Shown piece by piece: positions 36,914-46,500 of a stretch of 57,381 nucleotides of DNA. Within the stretch, counting starts at the first letter, position 1, and the number at the start of each line of letters is the position of its first letter. The position numbers and the translations under genes were made by a program. The stretch spans positions 1-57,381 of the IMG/VR virus record IMGVR_UViG_3300042896_000260, one strand, 5' to 3'. This stretch comes from a virus. Taxonomy: Duplodnaviria; Caudoviricetes. The notes below the pieces were generated by a model. The model was not told where the DNA came from and ran no database searches. It saw only the letters and a program-made list of their open reading frames with translations.

Positions 36914-37111
36914 ATGGAAGAGACAGTGGAGACCCGATTGTCCGTACACGAAGCGGTGTGCGCTCAACGCTATGAGGGCATCGAGAGGAACTTCAAAGAG
37001 GGAACTCGGCGCATGCGTAACATCGAGATCCTGCTGTACATCACTATCGCTGCGGTCTTCCTTGGCCCTGGCGTGGCGGCGCTGTTCCTGAAGAATCTAT
37101 TGGGCCTGTAA
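36914..37111 (+). CDS. Small membrane protein of the lysis region
   Basis: HEAVCAQRY coiled coil plus one C-terminal TM segment. Confidence 0.68.
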   Translation: MEETVETRLSVHEAVCAQRYEGIERNFKEGTRRMRNIEILLYITIAAVFLGPGVAALFLKNLLGL

Positions 37112-37605
37112 TGGAGCCGATCACCGGCATTCTTGCGGCAGTCTCAGCAGCGAATGCCGCGTTCGGCGCAGTCAAGAAACTTGTCGCCACTGGTCGCGAG
37201 ATTCAAGATGTTGCCGGTCAGATTGGCAAATGGTACGGCGCCTTTGGGGATTTCAACCGCCTAGCCAACGAGAAGGCCAACAAGAAGCCCTCGGTCTTCA
37301 AGCGGCTGCTGCACGACGACAGCGTTGAGCAGGAAGCCTTGCAGATCACGATGCACAAGCAGGCGCTGATCAAGCAGGAGTACGAACTCAAGATTCTGAT
37401 CGTCGCTCACTACGGTGAGAGCGTCTACAACGAGATGATCATGGAGCGCATCCGGCTGAAGAAGGAGCGCGAAAAGAAGGAGCGTGAGCACCGCCTGCGG
37501 CAGCAGGAGTTCATGCTCAACGTGAAGTACGGGGCAGGTATTGCCTTCGTGGCAACCGCCCTGATTGCGGTGGGCTACTACTTACTCGACAAGGTACAGC
37601 AATGA
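37111..37605 (+). CDS. Coiled-coil membrane-anchored protein
   Basis: MEPIT...; C-terminal TM segment. Confidence 0.7.
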   Translation: MEPITGILAAVSAANAAFGAVKKLVATGREIQDVAGQIGKWYGAFGDFNRLANEKANKKPSVFKRLLHDDSVEQEALQITMHKQALIKQEYELKILIVAHYGESVYNEMIMERIRLKKEREKKEREHRLRQQEFMLNVKYGAGIAFVATALIAVGYYLLDKVQQ

Positions 37606-38078
37606 GTTTCAGGAAGCCGCCGGAAGGCGCAAGCCGTTCAGAAAGGGAGGCCCATGTCAAGGCTCTTGCTGCGGTTTCTATTAGCCTGCTTGCTCTACTC
37701 CTTGCTGTTACAAATTACTTTGCCGGACGGAACTCATCTGCAGTTCTCAACGGAACCATAGAGTCCAACAATCTGTGGGCGTGGTATCAGGCCAAGAATG
37801 TCCGGGCGACCATCTACGAGGTCACCAACAACGAGCAGAAGGCCACCAAGCAACGCGCCGACATGGACGAGATCATGGAGAAGGCCCGTGCTGCTGAAGC
37901 CAAGCGTGACGCTGCCAAGGCCAAGTCTTCCTACTACTCCTACTCCGGCATGGCGCTGCAACTTGCCATCGTCCTGTCCTCTGCCGCCATCTTGGCCGTC
38001 ACCCTGAGCCTGTTCTACGCCTCCATCGGCGTGGGGGCGGTTGGGGTGCTTCTGTTCTTTTTTGCTCTAGGAGCCTGA
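37602..38078 (+). CDS. DUF4337-like membrane protein
   Basis: NNLWAWYQAKN and LQLAIVLSS; three hydrophobic segments. Confidence 0.68.
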   Translation: MSFRKPPEGASRSEREAHVKALAAVSISLLALLLAVTNYFAGRNSSAVLNGTIESNNLWAWYQAKNVRATIYEVTNNEQKATKQRADMDEIMEKARAAEAKRDAAKAKSSYYSYSGMALQLAIVLSSAAILAVTLSLFYASIGVGAVGVLLFFFALGA

Positions 38079-38079
38079 C

Positions 38080-38355
38080 ATGGGTTGGTCAGACGTACTC
38101 AAGGCAGTCATCCCCATCGTCGTTGCCTGTCTTGCATGGCTCTTGGGTCAAGTGGCATCCTTCTCTGAGCGTCTGACCAAGATCGAAGGGCAGATGCCTG
38201 CCCTCATCACGAAGGAAGGCGTCCCGACTGATAGTCCCATCAGCGCAGAGCGCAGGGCCATCCTGAAGGAACAAATCTACAAGGACATCAACGACCTTCA
38301 GGTGAAGGTCAAACTCCTTGAAGAGCGCGAGAAATTCTTAAAAGGAGCCAAGTAA
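38080..38355 (+). CDS. Membrane-anchored coiled-coil protein
   Basis: N-terminal TM segment; AGGAG RBS. Confidence 0.68.
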   Translation: MGWSDVLKAVIPIVVACLAWLLGQVASFSERLTKIEGQMPALITKEGVPTDSPISAERRAILKEQIYKDINDLQVKVKLLEEREKFLKGAK

Positions 38356-38858
38356 TGCTGTCCTTGCTTTCCACCCTTGGGGGCTTGCTGCTCTCGGGCC
38401 TGCCCAAATTGCTCGAATACTTCCAGAACAAGGCAGACCAAGCCCATGAACTGAAGTTGGCTCAGGTTCAGACCGAGCGCGAACTGCAACTGGCCGCAGC
38501 AGGCTTTGCCGCCCAGGCCCGGATGGAGGAGATTCGCACCGAGCAAGTGGCGATGGAGACTGACGCCAGGATGACCGAGGCGGCTCTGGCGCACGACCAG
38601 AAGATCATGGACAAGGCTTCCCGGTGGGTGGTGAACTACACCGGCACCGTCCGTCCCACGGTTACTTACATCTTCGTCTTTGAGTTGGTGGCCATCAACG
38701 CCTTCATGGCGTGGTATCTGTGGAACCACCCGAATCTGATTCAGGGCATGGACGACATCATCCTGTACTCCGACCTGATCTTCTCTGCCGACGAGATGGC
38801 GATCCTCGGGGGCATCATCGGCTACTGGTTCGGTTCTCGCCAGTGGAGTAAGAAGTGA
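38355..38858 (+). CDS. Putative holin
   Basis: VRPTVTY...IIGYWFGSR pattern; directly upstream of the lysozyme. Confidence 0.7.
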   Translation: MLSLLSTLGGLLLSGLPKLLEYFQNKADQAHELKLAQVQTERELQLAAAGFAAQARMEEIRTEQVAMETDARMTEAALAHDQKIMDKASRWVVNYTGTVRPTVTYIFVFELVAINAFMAWYLWNHPNLIQGMDDIILYSDLIFSADEMAILGGIIGYWFGSRQWSKK

Positions 38859-39358
38859 AACTGAGCAAGGCGGGCGAAGACCTCATGCACAAGTATGAGG
38901 GGTTTAGGAGTAAACCCTACCTTTGCCCTGCCCACATTTGGACGATTGGCTATGGCCACGTCCTGTACCAAGAGCAGATTAGGCTCCCGGTTATCCGCAA
39001 GGAAGGCTACACCGGGATGCTCCGCAACGAGTTCCCCCTGAAGCCGGAGGACAGCCGTGTCTGGACTAAGACGGAGATCGACGAACTATTCCGTAATGAT
39101 GTCGGGACTTTTGAACGTGGTGTTCTTCGACTTGTTCCCGGCGTATCTGGCCGTCAAGGCTCTTTTGACGCTCTGGTCAGTTTTGCCTTTAATGCAGGGC
39201 TAGGCAATCTTCAGCGCAGTCAGATCAGGATGCGTGCCAACCGGGATGACTGGAGCGGGGCGGCTGATGCCTTTCGCCAGTGGACGATGGGCGGCGGCAA
39301 AGTCCTGCCGGGTCTGGTCAAGCGCCGGGAAGCCGAGGTTGCGTTGTTCCTGTCTTAG
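38855..39358 (+). CDS. Endolysin, GH24 lysozyme
   Basis: YEG...YLCPAHIWTIGYGH, FDALVSFAFNAG, LPGLVKRREAE. Confidence 0.92.
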   Translation: MKLSKAGEDLMHKYEGFRSKPYLCPAHIWTIGYGHVLYQEQIRLPVIRKEGYTGMLRNEFPLKPEDSRVWTKTEIDELFRNDVGTFERGVLRLVPGVSGRQGSFDALVSFAFNAGLGNLQRSQIRMRANRDDWSGAADAFRQWTMGGGKVLPGLVKRREAEVALFLS

Positions 39359-39387
39359 TTGACCATATACTTGAGTGGTGATATAAT
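39359..39387 (+). promoter_or_regulatory. Sigma70-like promoter for the tail/ejection operon
   Basis: TTGACC-17 bp-TATAAT with extended -10 TG; AAAGGAG RBS downstream. Confidence 0.7.
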
Positions 39388-39419
39388 ATGCGAAACCCAC
39401 CTGAATCGAAAGGAGTTGT

Positions 39420-40055
39420 ATGACTACCGCTGCGGTCATGACATACGACTCGTTGGTCGAAAACATCCGTACCTACCTTGAGCGCACGGATGCCGCTACC
39501 CTGGACAAGATCCCCCTTTTCATCATGCTCGCCGAGCAGGTGATCGCGGCTGATCTCAAGATCCTGGGTAGTATTACGGTCAATGCTAGCACGATGGTAC
39601 AGGGCTCGAACGTTATCGACAAGCCCGCCCGGTGGCACAAGACCGTATCGATGAATGTCACGGTCAATGGCAAGCGTCAGCCGGTGCTCCTGCGTAAGTA
39701 CGAGTATATCAGGAATTACTGGCCTGACCCCTCCGAGACTGACGTTCCGCTGTTCTACTGCGACTACGACTACACGCACTGGATGGTGGGTCCCACGCCA
39801 AATGCTGCGTACAATTTCGAGGTACTGTACTACGAGCGGGCTCAGCCGTTGGATTCCTCGAATCAGACCAACTGGTTCACGATCTACGCTCCCCAGGCTC
39901 TGCTCTATGGCTCGCTGCTGCAAGCCATGCCCTTCCTCAAAAACGACGACCGTATCCCGATCTGGCAAGCACAGTACGACCAGATCATCGCAGTGTTGAA
40001 GAACGAAGACAAACTGCGGATTGCTGATCGTCAAGCCATAGCGGTGGATACATGA
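39420..40055 (+). CDS. Putative tail adaptor protein
   Basis: IPLFIMLAE, VGPTPNAAY, TNW...APQALLYGSL. Confidence 0.72.
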   Translation: MTTAAVMTYDSLVENIRTYLERTDAATLDKIPLFIMLAEQVIAADLKILGSITVNASTMVQGSNVIDKPARWHKTVSMNVTVNGKRQPVLLRKYEYIRNYWPDPSETDVPLFYCDYDYTHWMVGPTPNAAYNFEVLYYERAQPLDSSNQTNWFTIYAPQALLYGSLLQAMPFLKNDDRIPIWQAQYDQIIAVLKNEDKLRIADRQAIAVDT

Positions 40056-41290
40056 GTTACAACAGTCCTTTCACCGGTACCGTCATTCAACCGACGGACG
40101 TTGCGTATCGAGCGGTCACGCTGACGGCCAACACCCAGTTGCAGTGGCCGATCAACGGCAACGCGACGGACGATTACGCCGCGCGTATCATGAACGTGAC
40201 GGCCTCCTCTGCGGGGTTGTCGCTGTATATGCCGCCTGCGAACCAGACGTCGGTAGGTAACGACGCTCTGATCCGTAACGTCGGCGCGAACTCCTTCACC
40301 GTCAGGACCTTTGAGGGTAACAGCACGATCGTTACGATCGCGGCAGGAGAGACCAAGTACATATACATCACGGCCAATCCGAACGTGTATGGCACGTGGG
40401 GTAATATCGCGTTTGGCGTTGGTACCTCTGCTGCGGACGCCGCGACCCTGGCGGGCAATGGCCTTGTGGCGACGGGCGCTACGCTGAACCAGAGTCATCC
40501 GGCCCTGTCGCTGATCGCGTCGTACACTTTCGCTGCTACCGACCGCGCCCAGAATTACGTCTGGACTGGTGGTACCACGACCGCGACCCTGCCGACTGCC
40601 GCAACCGTCGGAAATAACTGGTTCCTGCTGTTCAAGAACAACGGGTCGGGAACGGTCACAATTAATACCACCGGTGGTCAGTTCATCGACGGAATCACTT
40701 CTAAGGCGTTCGCCCCGGGCGAATCCGCGATGATTCTGTGCACCGGCGTCGAGTACGTGACGGTCGGGTACGGGCAGAGTTCCGAATTTGCGTTCAACGT
40801 CTTGACGAAGCCGGTGACCGGTGGCGCGTACACGCTGACCGCCTCGGAAGCATCGAACACGATTCAGTTCTACACCGGCACGCTGTCCTCGAATGTGACG
40901 GTCACCTACCCGCCGGTGGTAAACCTGTACGTGATTTCGAACCAGACGAGTGCGGGTGGCTACACGCTGACGGTCACCACCGGCATTATCGGCGGCGCTG
41001 ACGCGATCATCCCTTCCGGTGGTCAGGCGACCGTCATCTGCGACGGTATTAATTTCTACAACGCCAACACCACTCAGGCCGGCGCTACCGCTTTGAGCCT
41101 CGTGAACGGCTCGGCGGGTTCGCCTTCGCTTAACTTCGCATCTGAGACCAACACTGGCGTATACCGCCCCGGATTAGGTCGCTTCGGCATTTCGGTGCTC
41201 GGTAACCTGATCGTCGACACGACGGCCACTGGGATCGCCGTGACTGGTTCCGGCAATTTCACCTCCGGCATCTCAGGCGGGGCCTTCTGA
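40052..41290 (+). CDS. Tail/fibre-associated structural protein
   Basis: Thr/Gly-rich; GSAGSPSLNFASETNTGVYRPG; ends ISGGAF. Confidence 0.7.
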   Translation: MSYNSPFTGTVIQPTDVAYRAVTLTANTQLQWPINGNATDDYAARIMNVTASSAGLSLYMPPANQTSVGNDALIRNVGANSFTVRTFEGNSTIVTIAAGETKYIYITANPNVYGTWGNIAFGVGTSAADAATLAGNGLVATGATLNQSHPALSLIASYTFAATDRAQNYVWTGGTTTATLPTAATVGNNWFLLFKNNGSGTVTINTTGGQFIDGITSKAFAPGESAMILCTGVEYVTVGYGQSSEFAFNVLTKPVTGGAYTLTASEASNTIQFYTGTLSSNVTVTYPPVVNLYVISNQTSAGGYTLTVTTGIIGGADAIIPSGGQATVICDGINFYNANTTQAGATALSLVNGSAGSPSLNFASETNTGVYRPGLGRFGISVLGNLIVDTTATGIAVTGSGNFTSGISGGAF

Positions 41291-41291
41291 A

Positions 41292-43298
41292 GTGACCAAG
41301 AAGGTATTCGCCCTCGATACCAAACCCGGCATTCAGCGGGATGGTACGACTTTTGACAAGCAGTATTATTCTGATGGTCAGTGGGTGCGATTTCAGCGTG
41401 GCCGCCCGCGCAAGATTGGTGGGTACAAGCAGATCGTAGACGACCTTGCGGGGCCGTCACGCGGCATCTATGTTGATCCGCGAAGCAGTTTCAACGATGT
41501 CTACAGCGGCTACAACAACGGGTTGCAGGTCATCCCGATCGACAATAACGGCGTCGGCTCCGGTATTACATTCCTGACGCTGAATAATTTCACGCCGAAC
41601 AATCTGAATCTCTGGCAGTTCGACACATTCACGGACACGGCAGGGTCGGGGAACAAGATCCTCCTGGCACATCCGGGCCTGAACCTCCTGAATATCGACA
41701 ACGAGGTCAACACCCCGGTGCTCGGTGGCGCGGTGTCGGGCACCACGATGTCGGCCATTGGTGTATTCACCCAGTCGGCGACCACGACCTCGGGTCTCCC
41801 TACGATCACCCTGTCCGCTGCGAACACCAATGTCGGCGTTGGTCAATTGGTGACGGGCACAGGCATTCCCGCGAGCACCACAGTCACAGCGGTGGTGGGC
41901 ACCACAGTCACGCTGTCGAATAATGCCTCCGCGAGTGGTACGGTGACCCTGACCTTTGACAATCAGGTCGCAGTGTCTGGGGGCGTGGTTACGCTGCACC
42001 CGTATGTATTCGTCTATGGTAACAACGGTCTGATCAGAAACAGCGCCTCTGGCAATATCGACGACTGGGTGTCGGCTGAGGCGAACGAGGTGAACGTCGC
42101 CACCGGCAAGTTCATCCAGGCACTCCCGGTGCGCGGTGGTTCAAACTCCCCGTCAGGGCTGTTCTGGTCACTCGATTCTCTCGTGCGTGTAAGTTACGCC
42201 CCGACGAATATTGTGGTCGGTACCACGACGGTGACCCAATACTGGCGCTACGACATTATTTCGAGCCAGTCTTCGATCATGTCGAGCCAGTGTGTGATCG
42301 AGTACGACGGCATCTATTACTGGATCGGCACCGACCGGTTCTTGCTGTACAACGGCGTCGTCAAAGAGATCCCGAACGCGTTCAACCAGAACTACTTCTT
42401 CGATAATCTGAACTACTCGCAGCGCCAGAAGGTGTGGGCTACCAAGGTGCCCCGCTTCGGCGAGATCTGGTGGTTCTACCCGCGTGGCGACTCCACCGAG
42501 TGTAACGACGCGATCATTTACAACATCCGCGAGAATTGTTGGTACGACGCCGGTACGGCGGTCGGGTCACGCCGCTCGGCGGGTTTCTTCTCGCAGGTGT
42601 TCCGGTTCCCGATCTCTGCCGGTTGGGAGCCCAACGCTGTCGGTGGCGTCGACCTTTACACATTGACCAGTCCTGGCAGCGGCTACGTTAACGGTACTTA
42701 CAGTTACGTTCCGGTGTCAGGTGGTGCCGGGACCGGAGCGACCGCCACCGTAATCGTGACCGGTGGTGTGGTGACCAGTTTCACGATTCAAGATCGGGGC
42801 GTCAATTACGCCGTCGGCAATACCCTGACGGTGGCGAACACGCACCTAGGCGGCACCGGCTCCGGTCTCGCCGTCACTGTGGACGCTACCGAGACTTACG
42901 TCTCGCTGTGGCAGCACGAGACTGGCACCGACGCGATTCGAGGAACCACACAACTGGCCGTCGAGAGTTATTTCACGACGAACGACCTGGGGTGGGTGTC
43001 TGGTGGTCCGTCGGAACCCGCTATGGTGGGCGAAAACCGGTGGTTGGACATCGAGCGTGTCGAACCCGACTTCTTGCTGTCGGGCAGCATGACGATGAAT
43101 TTCCAGGCGAACCCGTACGCCCAGTCTGACACTGAGACGTCCTCAGATTACGTGTTCGGTGCGGATACGAATAAGATCGACGTCCGATTCCAGGGCCGCG
43201 AATTGCGGATCAGATTCACCTCGAACGAGGTGGGTGGCAATTACCAGTGTGGTCGAATCCTGCTCAACGGCTACTTCGGCGACGTGCGGGGTTACTGA
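41292..43298 (+). CDS. Putative tail nozzle (tubular protein B-like)
   Basis: PGIQRDGT...DGQWVRF.RGRPRKIGG, FGEIWWFYP, KIDVRFQGR. Confidence 0.72.
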   Translation: MTKKVFALDTKPGIQRDGTTFDKQYYSDGQWVRFQRGRPRKIGGYKQIVDDLAGPSRGIYVDPRSSFNDVYSGYNNGLQVIPIDNNGVGSGITFLTLNNFTPNNLNLWQFDTFTDTAGSGNKILLAHPGLNLLNIDNEVNTPVLGGAVSGTTMSAIGVFTQSATTTSGLPTITLSAANTNVGVGQLVTGTGIPASTTVTAVVGTTVTLSNNASASGTVTLTFDNQVAVSGGVVTLHPYVFVYGNNGLIRNSASGNIDDWVSAEANEVNVATGKFIQALPVRGGSNSPSGLFWSLDSLVRVSYAPTNIVVGTTTVTQYWRYDIISSQSSIMSSQCVIEYDGIYYWIGTDRFLLYNGVVKEIPNAFNQNYFFDNLNYSQRQKVWATKVPRFGEIWWFYPRGDSTECNDAIIYNIRENCWYDAGTAVGSRRSAGFFSQVFRFPISAGWEPNAVGGVDLYTLTSPGSGYVNGTYSYVPVSGGAGTGATATVIVTGGVVTSFTIQDRGVNYAVGNTLTVANTHLGGTGSGLAVTVDATETYVSLWQHETGTDAIRGTTQLAVESYFTTNDLGWVSGGPSEPAMVGENRWLDIERVEPDFLLSGSMTMNFQANPYAQSDTETSSDYVFGADTNKIDVRFQGRELRIRFTSNEVGGNYQCGRILLNGYFGDVRGY

Positions 43299-43540
43299 TG
43301 TCGACATTCTACGACCCTCGCTATCAGACATGGGACAATTGGGCTGCTCTCATGTGCGAGGCATACGCCGCACAGAATCTCGAGATACCAAACGGCGAGG
43401 ACAATTGGAAGGGATGGGCGGCAGGATTCGTGGGCATCGACCTCTTCGCCCGCGACGGCATGCCGAATCCGTACCAGTACGACGACTGGCAGGAGTGGGC
43501 CATGGCCGTAACGAATACTCTCAGCACATCGGGTAGGTAA
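43298..43540 (+). CDS. Small Trp-rich hypothetical protein
   Basis: TGATG overlap; PNPYQYDDWQEWA. Confidence 0.7.
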   Translation: MSTFYDPRYQTWDNWAALMCEAYAAQNLEIPNGEDNWKGWAAGFVGIDLFARDGMPNPYQYDDWQEWAMAVTNTLSTSGR

Positions 43541-46500
43541 ATGCGATTCATCGACGAATCAGATTACTATCAGTTCGATGAACAGGATTACCCGTCAGTT
43601 CCGTCGTCGCCTCTGCAATCTGCGGCTGCAAATACAGCGCCCGTAGTGGCGACGTCACCTCTGAGGACGGCATCGACCGAGAATGCTACCACTCTGACGT
43701 CTTTGTATCAAGATGTCCTGGGTCGGGCTCCTGACGAGGGCGGCTTTGGCTTCTGGCTCAACGCCATGAATGACCAAGGTTACACGCCTGAGATGGTTCG
43801 TCAGCAGTTTATGCAATCGCCTGAATATCAGGCTCGTCAAGCAACTACCACCGGGGCTCTTGCTCAGGCGGTATCCCCAACGCCCACCACGGCACCGACT
43901 CCCATTTCCGCAGCGCCCTCTGTAGGAGTTACCCCGAGCATTTCCCCCGCAGAGCGTGTTACCCCATCGACTCCTGCGGCAGAGGTCATGCCGCCGAGCC
44001 GACCTGTAGACCAGATACCTGATCGCGAAATCGTAGAACCAGAACCCGTTCGAGTCGCACCTAATCTTCTCCGCACTCCTGGTGGGACCTACATCAACGA
44101 TTCGGGCTATCCGGTTGACACGGCAGAAGCTCAGAGAGTTATCTCCGGTGGTGCTGCCCCGGCTCCTGCTCCTGCTCCTGCACCCGCCCCGTCGCCTTCC
44201 TCCGCTCTCTCCCAAGCGGCATCCGCTTCTCCTCAGGCGCTCTTCACGACTTTGTTTGGTGCCGACCCAAGCATTGCTGATCAATTGAGGGCGAGTTATA
44301 ACCAAGCGTTCAACCAGGGCGAAGGCTCCACCTTCTACGACGCCGGGATGCAGGTCGGCGAATACACCGTTCGGTCCATGCCGATCGGGTACGATTTCGC
44401 GGGCGAGCGCCAGGGTGGCGGATTCCAGGCCACCAAGACTGCGACGAACGACCGCAATCTGCCGCTTGAGACGACCTACACCTACGACGACAACGGAGCG
44501 ATCACGGGTGCCGAGGTTCGTTATTTCACGGGCAGTGATAGTGGCGTCGCCATCCGTTTCGACGGCCAAGGTAACAAGATAGACGAGAGGGGCTTCGACT
44601 ATTCGGAGTCCTGGAAGGGCGCTGTCGCTCCTTTGGTGTCGATGGCAGCGATGGCCTTCGCGGGGCCAGTCGCACAGACCCTCGGTGCCACCCTCGGAGG
44701 GGGTACCGCCACGCTCGCGTCGGAGATCGCGGCAAATGCTATCGTTCGCGGTGGCCTTGGTGCTGCCCAGGCGGGCCTGACCGGTGGCGACATATTGAAG
44801 GGTGCCTTGACCGGTGCAGCGACTGGAGCACTCGGCGCGGGTGGTGCGAGCCTCGCCAACACCGCCGCCGCTGAGACGCTGAATCTTACCGGAAGCCAGA
44901 TCGCCGCTGATGCGGTGCGTGGTGCCGTGCAAAGCGGGCTGAATGCCATCCCCGGTGCCATCGTGTCCGGCGATCTCGGCGGGCTTGGACAGGCTCTTCT
45001 CACCGGTGCGGTGACCTCCGGCGTTGGTAGTGCTGCGGGGCAAGCGCTTTCCGGCACCGGCATCACCCAACAGCAAGTCACTTCCGGATTGGCACTGGCA
45101 CAGCAATTGCAGTCTGGAAAGCCCAACATCTCCGCCATCGCTAACGCCGCAGCAGGACTCGTAAATAACCCGAATGCCACCGTCGCAGCGAAGGCTATCA
45201 GCTTGATGGATACCATCCAGAGGGCGGGTGGTAACCCGATGGCCCTCATGGGTATCATGGAGGCGGCGAATCAGTTATCGAACGCGGTGAATGCTGCGGA
45301 GCAAGCCGGTATCAAACGTCTACCCGGGACTGTCACCGGTCCTACGGTCTCCGTGACTGGTGGTGATCTGCAATCGGTTGGTTCTACGGACCTTGGGCTA
45401 TCCACGTTCATCAACTCGATCAACACGCTCGGCGCGTCTACAGACGAGGCGTTGGCAGCGGCTAACGCGGCACTGGGCCGAGCCACCACAAATCTCGCCA
45501 CGCAAGACGCGATCGAGAATGCATCCACCTTTGACAGTGCCTTCTCGCAAGCCCGCGCTGCATACGGCCCCGGTAAGACCTTCACGTGGCAAGGCAAAGA
45601 GTACAGCACTGACACCCGCACTGAGAACCCAACGCTCGCTGCGGCATCCGACGCTGCACGACAAACAGCAGTAGGGGCCGGTGCCGGACGCGGGACTAGC
45701 ACTGGCATGACCGCCACCGAGGCGACGAATCTGGCCGGTGTCCCGCTCCGCACGACGTCGACCACTGGGACGACTAGTGGTGACGATACCGCCATCGATT
45801 ATGGCTCTGCTGCCACCTCTATGCAGGGCACTCCACTAAGCGACGAATTCAAGCCGGTGGTGGCGGCCCCGCAGTGGATGAAGGATCACTTGCAGACCGG
45901 CGGTAACGTCGTACAGCAGGGCATCTCGAACATTCTGCAGTTGGTGGGCGAGCAGGGCTCCAGTCTGGTCACTGGCCTGGGTGGTCGAAATACTTTCGTC
46001 GATCGTGCTTTCACAGCGCTTGAGCACGCCGGCAAGTACATGGAGTTGCCGCAGGTCACCGAGGCCACACAGAACGTCCTGAACCGGGTCCAGAACACGG
46101 AAGGTCTCTTTAACAAGGGATTCGAATTTGTTAAGGCGGTTATCGATAACCCGTTGTCGCTTAACATGGTCCTGCGCGAAGTGGGGCAAGAAATCCTGCC
46201 AACTGCGGCAGCGGCGCGTGCCACCAAATTACTGGGTCTCGCTGCCGGGGTGACCACTGATGTTGGACTCAACTCGATCGAGTCGATCGGAGCCACATCC
46301 CGCGACAAATACCAGGAATATCTGCAAAAGGGGATGACACCGGAACAGGCAGACCGCGAGGCCGCTATCGATGGCTACATAGCGGGCGGTATCACCGCTG
46401 CCACTGCCGGTGTCGTGGACGCGGCTATCGCCAAACGGTTCGGAAATGCCATCGAATCATTGGTGGGTAGGAAGGTTGGAGCGGGGGCGACAGAGGCTCC

